A DNA stretch of 64,000 nt from Candidatus Altiarchaeota archaeon (GTDB lineage: Archaea; Altiarchaeota; Altiarchaeia; IMC4; SCGC-AAA252-I15). The translations under genes and the position numbers were made by a program. The notes beneath the pieces are model-generated. The model saw only the letters and a program-made list of their open reading frames with translations, had not been told where the DNA came from and searched no databases. Within the stretch, counting starts at the first letter, position 1. Every line of letters begins with the position of its first letter. Shown here in pieces: positions 37,764-47,525 of the stretch. Location of the stretch: contig JAZDNF010000013.1 of assembly GCA_043800255.1 (NCBI GenBank), positions 150,474 to 214,473 of the forward strand, in the 5' to 3' direction.

Positions 37764-39263
37764 ATGAGAACACTGATTTTTGAAGATGTTGGTATTTCTC
37801 TGCGGGAGATTACCGAGGTTTTTCAGTTGATGGCGATTGTAATGCTCCTGCCGATTCTTGCGACCTTTTACTATGCACCAGTCCATAATATGGTTTCGTT
37901 GCTTAAGGCTAGTTCTGCCTTCGTCATACCCTCCATCGTATTCTACTTGATATACTTGTGCCTGCGGGCAGGTATACGCACAGAAAGAGAGGCCAAAGTT
38001 AAACATGCGCTCATAGGCGTTGTCATTATCTGGATAGTCGCACCATTTGTCGGCGGCTTTCCCTACTATATCCGCGGAGTACTCGACTTAACAAGCTCCT
38101 TTTTTGAGAGCATGAGCGGTTGGACGACAACAGGTCTGACTATGGTAGAGTATCCGGAGAACCTGTTCGGCGGTAACGAGGACATGCTATTTTATCGCAG
38201 TCTGACCCACTTAGTTGGCGGCATCGGCATAATCGCCCTCGGACTCCTGTTCTTAGTAAGAGACGCTCCGGTTGCCGCAGCTTATTACGCCTCTGAGAAA
38301 GGAGACCAACGCCTAAGGCCTGGATTGAAAGGCACCGCCGGAGAGGTGTGGAAGATTTACATGATGTACACGTTCGCCGGCATAATGCTGTTGTATCTTG
38401 TGGGCATGCCGTTTTTTGAAGCGATAAACCATTCGTTTGCGGCGATAGCGACTGGCGGGCTTTCGCCATACTCTGATTCCATTGGACACTATAACAGCTT
38501 TGCTGTCGAGGTGGTCACCATGCTTATCATGCTGGCTGGCGCGACGAGCTTCATCGTCCACTATCAGATATTCAACGGGAACTACAGGAAACTGTTCGGT
38601 AACATTGAGATTAGGTATATGATGTTTTTCCTTGTAGTGTCAACAGCGGCGCTTATATTCTACTTCTCAGCATCTGATGCGATGGACAGCATGAACGTGC
38701 ACTCGCCGTATGACGTGTTCCGCAAGAGTATATATCAGGTTGTTTCATGCATGACCACTACAGGTTTTTCGACCACTAACGTAGAGCACTGGCCGCCTTT
38801 TGCGCTGACAATACTGATGATATTGATGTACGTGGGGGCCTCATATGCTTCAACAGGCGGTGCGCTCAAGATACTGAGATTTGCCATCGTGGTCGCCACC
38901 ATAAAAAAAATGCTGAAGAGGATGGTACTCCCAAAGAATGCGGTCTGTCTGACTAGAGTAGCTGGTAGAACCATAAGCGATAAGGAATCTCTGGAAGCGC
39001 TGGCTCTTGCTGCGGCATTCTTGGTATTCGCTATACTTGGCGCCATGGTGCTCATGCTAGTCTGCGGATATACTGGATACGAGAGCCTGACGACATCATT
39101 CTCAGCCATAGGCAACGTCGGCATGGGATTCATCACAGGCGCCAGATGGTATGATATGCCTATGATCGGAAAAAACACAATCACTACTCTGATGTTTCTC
39201 GGCAGAATCGAAATATTCCCGGCTCTGATAGTATTCAAATCATTTTTCGAGAAGAGAGGGTAA
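37764..39263 (+). CDS. trkH: TrkH/KtrB family cation (K+) transporter
   Basis: 499 aa. Repeated membrane-pore-membrane units with GTTGLT/GFSTTN-like selectivity motifs. Confidence 0.75.
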   Translation: MRTLIFEDVGISLREITEVFQLMAIVMLLPILATFYYAPVHNMVSLLKASSAFVIPSIVFYLIYLCLRAGIRTEREAKVKHALIGVVIIWIVAPFVGGFPYYIRGVLDLTSSFFESMSGWTTTGLTMVEYPENLFGGNEDMLFYRSLTHLVGGIGIIALGLLFLVRDAPVAAAYYASEKGDQRLRPGLKGTAGEVWKIYMMYTFAGIMLLYLVGMPFFEAINHSFAAIATGGLSPYSDSIGHYNSFAVEVVTMLIMLAGATSFIVHYQIFNGNYRKLFGNIEIRYMMFFLVVSTAALIFYFSASDAMDSMNVHSPYDVFRKSIYQVVSCMTTTGFSTTNVEHWPPFALTILMILMYVGASYASTGGALKILRFAIVVATIKKMLKRMVLPKNAVCLTRVAGRTISDKESLEALALAAAFLVFAILGAMVLMLVCGYTGYESLTTSFSAIGNVGMGFITGARWYDMPMIGKNTITTLMFLGRIEIFPALIVFKSFFEKRG

Positions 39264-39294
39264 AATTAGGTAGAGCGGATGCGCATCATTTGAG

Positions 39295-40566
39295 TCAACT
39301 GTAGTCTGTAATCCTCCTTTGGCGGAGTATTTCGCTTTTCTCGACGTAGTTGCACAGAGGGATCTTAAGCCGCGTGCTGATGTCGTCCAACGCTTCCCGG
39401 AGGGTGTTAAACCGTTTAGGCCTCTTCTCGAATGCCTTGCGGACGTTCTCCCTCACCTCCCACACGCCGACAGGCATCACATAGCCTTCATAGATTTCCC
39501 TGAATATGACGACGCGGGCCTGGCGCATCATCCTGCTCAATGCTTCGACAACGCCGAAGCGGCCGGCATAGTATCCGCCTCCCTCGTTTATGGCGTAATC
39601 GGTGCGGCCCTCATGCCGCTCGTGCTCCTCTATTATCGTTGGCATGCTATGGGACATCGTCCACAGCGTTTCCGGAGCCCAAGCCTCGAACTGCTCGAAC
39701 TCCCAAGCACCAGGCATCAGCAGTATCTCGAAATGGTTCTCAAGATACTGGTTGGAATAGACAAGATAATCGCTTAGGGAGGGGTAGGTTCTGACAGACT
39801 TCAGGAGTTCCTTGGTGAGTATGTCGTCCACGGCAGTTATGCTCCACCTTGTCGGGACAAGCCTTTTGCCAGTTGGCATGCCAAGGGCGCCGGAAGAGAG
39901 AGCCCTCGTCAGGTAATAGACGTCATAGCCTTTGTCAAAGAGCAGGGATAGCATGTCAGACGCTCTGATCTCGTCGCCCACAACATATTCGACATTTGCG
40001 GGAATCCTGGGATTGTCAGCTATCTTGAAGCTGTCAAGAACGCCTGACGGGCCCATAGGCTGGCTTATCGGGGAAAAGCTCATCGAATACGTGGGCTGGC
40101 GCTTGAAGTGGGTTTCCACGTCAACAGGTTTCACAGACAATGCGATCTCCTGATTGTCTGAGACGAACCTGCCATGGTTTCTGACGTTCACAGGAGACTT
40201 GCTCCTGACGAGCATGGACCTCATCAGCAGTATGTCGTCGAATCCCATCCCATACCAGCTGGCAGGGTCGTCCAGCAGGGAAGCGTTGTTACTCTCGACA
40301 GAGGTCATCGGCCCTACGAAGACGTCCGGATAGTTCCTCCAGCCTACGAAGATGCTTGGGGAGGGGCCGAACATGTCCTGCTTCAGCTTGCCCTCGAACG
40401 GATTCTGCAATCTCACCTTCTCCAGCAGCGGGCAGTATGACATGCCGCACATGAGGCGGCCGCCTTTACATGTGAGACAAAGAGCCCGGGACATGGGCCT
40501 GGCCTTCGCCATCTGCCTCATGATCTGACAGCGGGGGCTCTCCCACGACTGATACTTGGCCGGCAT
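39295..40566 (-). CDS. Archaeal Nre-family (NreA-like) DNA repair protein
   Basis: 423 aa. N-terminal LCLTCKGGRLMCGMSYCPLL cysteine motif characteristic of Nre N-domains. Confidence 0.5.
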   Translation of the reverse strand: MPAKYQSWESPRCQIMRQMAKARPMSRALCLTCKGGRLMCGMSYCPLLEKVRLQNPFEGKLKQDMFGPSPSIFVGWRNYPDVFVGPMTSVESNNASLLDDPASWYGMGFDDILLMRSMLVRSKSPVNVRNHGRFVSDNQEIALSVKPVDVETHFKRQPTYSMSFSPISQPMGPSGVLDSFKIADNPRIPANVEYVVGDEIRASDMLSLLFDKGYDVYYLTRALSSGALGMPTGKRLVPTRWSITAVDDILTKELLKSVRTYPSLSDYLVYSNQYLENHFEILLMPGAWEFEQFEAWAPETLWTMSHSMPTIIEEHERHEGRTDYAINEGGGYYAGRFGVVEALSRMMRQARVVIFREIYEGYVMPVGVWEVRENVRKAFEKRPKRFNTLREALDDISTRLKIPLCNYVEKSEILRQRRITDYS

Positions 40567-40597
40567 TTTTTAATGGACGTTGTTTATATATTAGGCG

Positions 40598-40828
40598 ATG
40601 GACATCAAAAAGAAAGTTGAGAGTGCGTTGGAAAAGATACGGCCGATGCTGCAGATGGACGGCGGAGACATTGAACTGGTCGGCATAGAAGGAAACACCG
40701 TAAAAGTGAAGCTGAGGGGAGCCTGCCACGGGTGCCCGATGAGCCAGATGACACTACAGCATGGGGTGGAGAAGGCCATAAAGGAGGCGGTGCCCCAGAT
40801 AGAGAAGGTCGTTTCAGTGGCAGATTAA
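40598..40828 (+). CDS. NifU-like (Nfu) Fe-S cluster carrier domain protein
   Basis: 76 aa. GACHGCPMS CxxC motif. Confidence 0.7.
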   Translation: MDIKKKVESALEKIRPMLQMDGGDIELVGIEGNTVKVKLRGACHGCPMSQMTLQHGVEKAIKEAVPQIEKVVSVAD

Positions 40829-40829
40829 A

Positions 40830-41618
40830 ATGCAGATTCTTGGGCCGCAGATAACAAATCTGCTGGGGCAGGGGCTGGTCATAATAGGAGGCCTGGTGCT
40901 GTTTTTGAGCATCATAGGGGCGCTCGGCGTTTACGTGTTCTGGAAGACGAGGAGGATATTCATACCAAGGATAACCCTCTTCCTAGTGTCAGAGTTCGAG
41001 GCTTTCGTGAAGCCGATAACCGGCCTGCTCAACATAAGAGGCGACTTCGTGGACAACATGATAACCCACTTGAGGAACGTCATATACAGGAAGGACTTCT
41101 CAGGGACTCCATTACATCAGAGGGCCGTGTTCCTCCCCCAGTGCCTCAGGCATCCGGAATGCCCGGCGACGCTGTCTACTGAGGGTATAAAGTGCATAAA
41201 CTGCGGAAGGTGCGGCATAGGCGCAATAAAGGAGGAGGCTGAGAGGCTTGGATACCTGTTCTTCATCTCCCCAGGATCCAGCCTTGTGAAGAGGATGGTG
41301 GCGAAATACAGGCCGAAAGCGGTTCTCGGCGTCGGATGCGTGATGGAGATAAAGGAGGGCACCTCGGCGATGGAGCACGCGGGGATAACGTCGCAGGCTG
41401 TTGCGCTCTCGAAGGACGGCTGCGTTGACACGAGAGTCGACGTAAGAAAGCTGATGAATAAGCTATACTCTGGGATCGAAGTGGTCGACCCTGACTACAA
41501 CAGGAGGATAGAGGAGATAAACAACAGGTGGACGCACGTCAAACTGTCGGTCGAGGAAAAGGGCAGGGCAAAACGACAGTATTTTGAACGAGAGAAAAAG
41601 AATTTCGCGGGAGGCTAA
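40830..41618 (+). CDS. DUF116-like Cys-rich protein with an N-terminal transmembrane helix
   Basis: 262 aa. QCLRHPECP…CINCGRCGIG cluster. Confidence 0.4.
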   Translation: MQILGPQITNLLGQGLVIIGGLVLFLSIIGALGVYVFWKTRRIFIPRITLFLVSEFEAFVKPITGLLNIRGDFVDNMITHLRNVIYRKDFSGTPLHQRAVFLPQCLRHPECPATLSTEGIKCINCGRCGIGAIKEEAERLGYLFFISPGSSLVKRMVAKYRPKAVLGVGCVMEIKEGTSAMEHAGITSQAVALSKDGCVDTRVDVRKLMNKLYSGIEVVDPDYNRRIEEINNRWTHVKLSVEEKGRAKRQYFEREKKNFAGG

Positions 41619-41661
41619 GGTTATTTAACCTCTCTCAATAATTTAATACCTTTTTTCTAAA

Positions 41662-42579
41662 ATGGCTGGGTTGTCTGAACGCGTTTTGAAGTTGAAGAAG
41701 GAGGAGGATGCAGTCATACTCGCGCACAACTACCAGAAGCCTGAGATACAGGATGTGGCTGACTTCACAGGCGACTCCCTTGACCTTGCCAGGAAGGCGG
41801 GGCAGGTTGATGAGAAGTACATAATATTCGCAGGCGTTGACTTCATGGCAGAGGGCGCCGCGATAATGAACCCAGACAAGACGGTCATAATACCTGACGT
41901 CAACGCTAGATGCCCCATGGCAGCCCAGCTTCCAGCCAAGGAGGTCATAAAAGCCAAGAAAAAGCACCCCGGAATTCCCGTCGTGCTGTACGTTAACACT
42001 CTAGCTGAGGCGAAAGCAGAGGCTGACATAACATGCACCTCAGCCAACTGCGTCAACATAATAAACTCTGTCAAAGGGGATGAAGTGATGTTCGGACCTG
42101 ACAGGAACCTGGCATACTACGTGCAGCAGAGGACAAAAAAGAAGGTCATACCGATACCTGAAGACGGCTACTGCATAGTGCACAAGCACCTCCTGTCATA
42201 CCCTGACGTGATGATGCTGAAACAACAGCACCCTGATGCGCTGCTGCTCGCCCACCCTGAGTGCGAGCCGGAAATCCAGGAAAAGGCTGATTACATATTG
42301 AGCACCGGAGGGATGGTGAAAAAGGCCGGAGAGCTTGACAGCAGGGAATTCATAATAGCGACAGAGGAAGGCATCTGCCACAGGCTGCGAAAGGAAAACC
42401 CAGGTAAGAGGTTCTACTGTCTGGACTACGCAGTCTGCAGGAACATGAAACTGCACACGCTGGAAAAGGTATACGATGCTATCAAGAACAAGGCTCCCGT
42501 AGTAAGAGTAGACGAGAGGGTGGCTGCAAGGGCACGCAAAGCAATAGAGAGTATGCTCGACGTGAGAGAACGCGACTAG
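41662..42579 (+). CDS. nadA: Quinolinate synthase
   Basis: 305 aa. ILAHNYQ…DFTGDSL N-terminus and three Cys ligands. Confidence 0.85.
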   Translation: MAGLSERVLKLKKEEDAVILAHNYQKPEIQDVADFTGDSLDLARKAGQVDEKYIIFAGVDFMAEGAAIMNPDKTVIIPDVNARCPMAAQLPAKEVIKAKKKHPGIPVVLYVNTLAEAKAEADITCTSANCVNIINSVKGDEVMFGPDRNLAYYVQQRTKKKVIPIPEDGYCIVHKHLLSYPDVMMLKQQHPDALLLAHPECEPEIQEKADYILSTGGMVKKAGELDSREFIIATEEGICHRLRKENPGKRFYCLDYAVCRNMKLHTLEKVYDAIKNKAPVVRVDERVAARARKAIESMLDVRERD

Positions 42580-42609
42580 GTTATAATCGAGCAATCCAAT
42601 AACTAAGAT

Positions 42610-44793
42610 ATGAGGAAGGAGGGCATAACACACGTCAGGAAAAGGGATGGACGGGTCGTGAAATTCAATCACGAGAAGATTACAAACGCCATCTACAAGG
42701 TGAGTGCCGCCGTCGGGAAGGCTGACGAGAAGCTCGCTGAGAGGCTCTCGAAGAGGGTCGTCAAAGACCTGCAGAAGAATTTCTCCGGGAAGACGCCATC
42801 CGTAGAGCAGATACAGGATGTCGTTGAAAAAGTCCTGATGGACGAACACCAGGCTGAGATGGCCAAGGCCTACATCCTCTACAGGGAGAGGAGAAAGGAC
42901 ATACGGGAGGCCAAATCGCTGATAGGCGTGAAAGACGACGTCAAACTGTCTGTGAACGCCATCTCGATCCTAGAGCGCAGATACCTGAAGAAGAACGAAC
43001 ACGGCGAAGTCATCGAAACCCCGGGCCAGATGCTCAAGAGGGTGGCCTCGAACATAGCTGAAGCTGAGAAGAGATACAAGAAGGCTGAGAGGGAGATAAA
43101 GGCGATAGAGAAGGAGTTCTATGAGAGCATGAGCAGACTCGAGTTCATACCTAATTCGCCGACGCTGATGAACGCCGGCACAGACATACAGCAGCTCAGC
43201 GCCTGCTTCGTCCTGCCTGTGGAGGACACAATGGAGAGCATATTCGAAGCTGTCAAGAACACCTCGCTGATACACCAGTCGGGCGGCGGCACAGGATTTT
43301 CGTTCTCTAGGCTCAGACCCAAAGGCGACATCGTAAAGTCCACGGGAGGGGTCGCATCAGGCCCGCTCTCCTTTATGAACGTGTTCAACGCCGCGACAGA
43401 GGTCGTGAAGCAGGGCGGTAAGAGGAGGGGAGCGAACATGGCCATCCTCAGGGTAGACCACCCGAACATAACCGACTTCATAGTCGCAAAAGAGAGGGAA
43501 GGCGTTCTCAACAACTTCAACATATCCGTGGGTATAACAGACAGGTTCATGGAGGCGGTGATAACCGACTCAGAGTATGACATAGTAAACCCCAGGAACA
43601 ACCAGATGAGTGGAAAACTCAACGCACACCATGTCTTCGACCTCATTGTGACGATGGCTTGGAAGAATGGGGAGCCGGGCATAGTGTTCCTGGACAGGCT
43701 GAACAGGGACAACCCGACGCCCGCGCTGGGCATGATAGAGTCCACGAACCCGTGCGGCGAGCAGCCGCTCTTGCCTTACGAGTCCTGCAACCTGGGAAGC
43801 ATAAACCTGTCACTGATGATAAAGAGGGAGAACGGAAAATACGCGGTCGACTGGAAGAAACTCAAGAAGACCGTCAAAACAGCTGTGAGATTCCTAGACG
43901 ACGTCATCGACATGAACAAGTATCCGTTGAAGCAGATAGAGACGATGACGAAGGGCAACAGGAAGATAGGGTTGGGCGTCATGGGATTCTCTGACATGCT
44001 GATAAGGCTGGGCATACCCTACAATTCGATGAAGGCTGTGGAAACCGCCGAAGACATCATGAGGTTCATGCAAGAGGAAGGCAGGAACATGTCAGAGGAG
44101 CTCGCCAACGAGAGGGAAACCTTCCCCAACTGGAAGCAGAGCGTATACCATAAGGAGAGGAAGATGAGGAACGCGACCATAACGACGATCGCGCCGACCG
44201 GGACCATAAGCATAATAGCCAGCTGCTCGTCAGGAATAGAGCCCCTTTTCGCGATCTCATACCTCCGGAAGACGCCGCAGTTCGAGTTCGTCGAAGTCAA
44301 CCCGGTGTTCGAGGAGATAGCACGGCAGAGAGGATTCTACAGCGAAGAGCTCATGAGGAGAATAGCAGGCAGGGGCTCCATACAGGACATCGAGGAGATA
44401 CCTGAGGACGTCAGGAGGATTTTCGTGACAGCCCATGACATAAAGCCAGAAGACCACGTGAGAATACAGGCCGCCTTTCAGAAGTACACCGACAACGCGG
44501 TCAGCAAGACCGTGAACTTCCCGAACAACGCGACAACAAAGGACGTCGAGGAAGTGTACGTGCTCGCCTACAAGCTAGGCTGCAAGGGAGTCACCATATA
44601 CCGGGACAAGAGCAGAGAGGAGCAGGTGCTCAATATAGAATCAACGCCGCCCAAGAGGGAGGCCAAAGAGTCTGAAAGCGAGAGGATGGCCGCGAAGAAA
44701 CTCGGAGTCTGCCCTGAATGCAAGAGCAACCTATTGTTTGAAGAAGGATGCGCCAAGTGCCCGGACTGCGGCTACTCAGTCTGCACAGTATGA
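42610..44793 (+). CDS. nrdJ: Class II adenosylcobalamin-dependent ribonucleotide reductase
   Basis: 727 aa. N-terminal ATP-cone VRKRDGRVVKFNHEKI. NPCGEQPL active-site Cys. C-terminal CPECKS…CPDCG zinc ribbon. Confidence 0.85.
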   Translation: MRKEGITHVRKRDGRVVKFNHEKITNAIYKVSAAVGKADEKLAERLSKRVVKDLQKNFSGKTPSVEQIQDVVEKVLMDEHQAEMAKAYILYRERRKDIREAKSLIGVKDDVKLSVNAISILERRYLKKNEHGEVIETPGQMLKRVASNIAEAEKRYKKAEREIKAIEKEFYESMSRLEFIPNSPTLMNAGTDIQQLSACFVLPVEDTMESIFEAVKNTSLIHQSGGGTGFSFSRLRPKGDIVKSTGGVASGPLSFMNVFNAATEVVKQGGKRRGANMAILRVDHPNITDFIVAKEREGVLNNFNISVGITDRFMEAVITDSEYDIVNPRNNQMSGKLNAHHVFDLIVTMAWKNGEPGIVFLDRLNRDNPTPALGMIESTNPCGEQPLLPYESCNLGSINLSLMIKRENGKYAVDWKKLKKTVKTAVRFLDDVIDMNKYPLKQIETMTKGNRKIGLGVMGFSDMLIRLGIPYNSMKAVETAEDIMRFMQEEGRNMSEELANERETFPNWKQSVYHKERKMRNATITTIAPTGTISIIASCSSGIEPLFAISYLRKTPQFEFVEVNPVFEEIARQRGFYSEELMRRIAGRGSIQDIEEIPEDVRRIFVTAHDIKPEDHVRIQAAFQKYTDNAVSKTVNFPNNATTKDVEEVYVLAYKLGCKGVTIYRDKSREEQVLNIESTPPKREAKESESERMAAKKLGVCPECKSNLLFEEGCAKCPDCGYSVCTV

Positions 44794-45371
44794 TGGAGAA
44801 CAACAACCGGCTGGGGCTCATACACGTTTACACTGGGGAGGGCAAGGGAAAAACTACGACAGCACTGGGCATATCAGTCAGAGCGCTAGGCCACGGCCTC
44901 AACGTGATGTTCATACAGTTCCTCAAAGGCGGAGCCCACATCGGAGAACTCAGCATAGCCGAGAACTATAAAAATTTCAGGATAAAGCAGTTCGGCAAAA
45001 TCTGCCCCTACTCAGACAAGATGAGGAAAGGCCTTATAGACTGCGGGAACTGCAGGGACTGCCTGATGTCCTACGATGAGGACATCAAGATGGCGAAGGA
45101 CGCCCTGGAGTATTCGAAGAAGGCTGTGAAGTCCGGCGACTATGACATTGTGGTGCTGGATGAGATAAACGTGGCAATGGCGAGGAAGCTTGTCAGCACA
45201 GGAGAAGTCCTCAAGATGCTTAAGAAGAAGAAACCGCACACGGAGGTCATACTCACCGGCAGGTACGCGCCGAAAGGCATAATAAAGGCTGCCGACATCG
45301 TAACAGAGCTCAAGGAGATAAAGCACCCTATGAGGAAAGGCGTCATAGGAAGATATGGTATAGAGTACTAG
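44790..45371 (+). CDS. cobO: Cob(I)yrinic acid a,c-diamide / corrinoid adenosyltransferase
   Basis: Start MMENNNRLGLIHVYTGEGKGKTT (P-loop of the CobA/BtuR family). ATG overlaps the nrdJ stop (ATGA). Confidence 0.8.
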   Translation: MMENNNRLGLIHVYTGEGKGKTTTALGISVRALGHGLNVMFIQFLKGGAHIGELSIAENYKNFRIKQFGKICPYSDKMRKGLIDCGNCRDCLMSYDEDIKMAKDALEYSKKAVKSGDYDIVVLDEINVAMARKLVSTGEVLKMLKKKKPHTEVILTGRYAPKGIIKAADIVTELKEIKHPMRKGVIGRYGIEY

Positions 45372-45736
45372 GCCTGTTTTTTCCTGTAGTCTTCTATCGC
45401 CGCTTTCAGCGCGTCGGCAGCCAGATTCGAGCAGTGCATTTTTATCGGAGGCAGACCCTCCAATGCGTCTGCCACGTCCTTCTTGCTTATCTTCATGGCA
45501 TCGTCCAATGTCTTCCCCTTCGCAAGGTCGGTTATCATGCTCGAGGTGGCTATCGCCGCGGCGCATCCGAAAGTTTTGAACTTGATGTCCTCTATCTTAT
45601 CGTCCTTCACCCTGATGTACAGGGTCATCATGTCGCCGCATACCGGGTTGCCGACTTCGCCTATGCCGTCAGCATTCTCTATCTCGCCCACGTTGTGGGG
45701 GTTCTGGAACAATTCAATAACTTTCTTTGAGTACAT
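45368..45736 (-). CDS. iscU: IscU/SufU-type Fe-S cluster scaffold
   Basis: 122 aa. GNPVCGDMM…GCAAAIA. Three Cys. Confidence 0.8.
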   Translation of the reverse strand: MYSKKVIELFQNPHNVGEIENADGIGEVGNPVCGDMMTLYIRVKDDKIEDIKFKTFGCAAAIATSSMITDLAKGKTLDDAMKISKKDVADALEGLPPIKMHCSNLAADALKAAIEDYRKKQA

Positions 45737-45737
45737 T

Positions 45738-46889
45738 TTATCCTTTTCTTTTTACCAGGGGGCTCATTGCCCTCAGCTGCTCGACAGCCTCCCTGACCGC
45801 GTCAATCGTGTATTCGACTTCTTTCAGAGTGTTCTCCCGCCCCAGCGTGAACCTGAGGGTCCCGTGGGCGTCCTCGGGTTTCATGCCGATTGCTATGAGG
45901 ACGTGGCTTGGTTTTAGGCTCTGCGAGGAGCATGCCGAACCTGTCGAGACTGCGACGCCCTTCATGTCAAGCCTCAGCAGCAGGGACTCGCCCTCCACGT
46001 ATTTGAAGGCTATGTTCACGTTGTTGCACAGCCGCCTTTCTCTCGGGCCGTTCAGCCTCGTGTCAGATATCTTGAGGAACTCGCTGATGAGCCTGTCCCT
46101 GAGAGAGACCATGTGCTTTATGTGCTCCTCTTTGGCCAGTTCAACCGCCTTCGCGAACCCGACTATGCCTGGGATGTTCTCTGTCCCAGCCCGAAGGTTA
46201 TGCTCATGGTGCCCGCCTTCCATCTGCTTGTAAAGCTTAGTCCCCTTTTTCACATACAGTGCTCCGACTCCCTTGGGGCCGTGTATCTTGTGGGCTGAGA
46301 AGGACGCCAGATTCAGGTTCATCCGTCTGACGTCGATTGGGACTTTCGTGAAGCTCTGCACGCAGTCTGAGTGGAAGCATACGCCTTTCCGAGCGCAAAC
46401 CTTGCCTATGGCTTCCAAATCCTGTATTACCCCTACCTCATTGTTGGCGTGCATGATTGAGACTAGTGTGGTTTTGTCTGTGATGGAACTCTCAAGCTCC
46501 TTGAGATTTATGAAACCTTCGGAGTCGACGCTCAGGTAGGTTACGCTGAAGCCTTCCTTCTCCAGCTGTTTGCACGTGCTCAAAACCGCAGGATGCTCTA
46601 TCTTCGATGTTAGTATATGACTGCCCTTCGGCCGGAGGGCGAACGCCGTGCCCTTCAGGGCCAGGTTGTCTGACTCGCTTCCCCCAGACGTGAAGACTAT
46701 CTCATCAGGTTCGGCGTTTATCTTCTCTGCGATAGTCTGCCTCGAACTCTCAAGAGCCTCCTTGGCCTCCCTGCCGAACTCATGCAGGCTCGATGCGTTC
46801 CCGAACTGCTTGGTGAAGTATGGAAGCATTGCGTCAACAACTTTCTGGTCTGTCGGCGCGGTTGCCGCATGGTCGAAGTAAACTTTCAT
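45738..46889 (-). CDS. iscS: Cysteine desulfurase (class V aminotransferase)
   Basis: 383 aa. SFSAHKIHGPKG PLP-lysine motif. SACSS active-site Cys. Confidence 0.85.
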   Translation of the reverse strand: MKVYFDHAATAPTDQKVVDAMLPYFTKQFGNASSLHEFGREAKEALESSRQTIAEKINAEPDEIVFTSGGSESDNLALKGTAFALRPKGSHILTSKIEHPAVLSTCKQLEKEGFSVTYLSVDSEGFINLKELESSITDKTTLVSIMHANNEVGVIQDLEAIGKVCARKGVCFHSDCVQSFTKVPIDVRRMNLNLASFSAHKIHGPKGVGALYVKKGTKLYKQMEGGHHEHNLRAGTENIPGIVGFAKAVELAKEEHIKHMVSLRDRLISEFLKISDTRLNGPRERRLCNNVNIAFKYVEGESLLLRLDMKGVAVSTGSACSSQSLKPSHVLIAIGMKPEDAHGTLRFTLGRENTLKEVEYTIDAVREAVEQLRAMSPLVKRKG

Positions 46890-46911
46890 CTGGTGTCAGA
46901 TAATATTAGTA

Positions 46912-47493
46912 TCATATTATATGCTTTAGCGCGCTTTCGTAGTGCTCCCCGTTTTGTTTGCAAAACTCGACGACCTCTGTTTTGGGTATCACTGGCATAT
47001 TATGCTTTATGACGGTTTTGAAGCTCGGTTTCGGGTGGAGTATGTAGACGACTCCGAAGAGCGTCCGGTTCTTGTCTGCCAGACAGTACTCTGCATCGTG
47101 CTTCTGGAAGAGGTTCTCCCACCAGCTGACATCCTTGTCCAGTATCCTCAGGTGTATCGGCAGATAACCTTTTGTTATCCTACCGTGTGATTTTCCGTTC
47201 GTCCATATTCTGACCGCATTGTCGTGCGAGAAGGCGTACTTCCTGTTTTTTACTGATTCAATCAGGGACATGTCACCATGATTTCTTTTTACGATGTCCT
47301 CGGTCATCTGTTGTGGTTTAAGTGCGACATATACGCCCCTCTTCATCCTCTTCAGGAATCCGAGTTTGGTCAGGTCATGGAGGACTTTCGCGTGCTGAGC
47401 GCTTTCGAATGTCTTTTTGAAGTCTTTGGCGTTGAACTCTGAGTTGCCGAAGCAGTGTATTATCCAAGCGTATAGTTTAAAATAGTTGTACAT
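46912..47493 (-). CDS. Hypothetical protein with an AbiEi-like N-terminal winged helix
   Basis: 193 aa. KVLHDLTKLGFLKRMKRGVYVA resembles the AbiEi_4 wHTH. ATTAC-N10-GTAAT inverted repeat at its start. Confidence 0.35.
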   Translation of the reverse strand: MYNYFKLYAWIIHCFGNSEFNAKDFKKTFESAQHAKVLHDLTKLGFLKRMKRGVYVALKPQQMTEDIVKRNHGDMSLIESVKNRKYAFSHDNAVRIWTNGKSHGRITKGYLPIHLRILDKDVSWWENLFQKHDAEYCLADKNRTLFGVVYILHPKPSFKTVIKHNMPVIPKTEVVEFCKQNGEHYESALKHII

Positions 47494-47525
47494 ATTACTG
47501 ATTATGTAATAATCTTTTAAAAATG

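Noticed and set aside
45483-46233. Plus-strand ORFs antisense to iscU/iscS
   Set aside because: These are antisense to highly conserved Fe-S assembly genes. They have no start context and no motifs.
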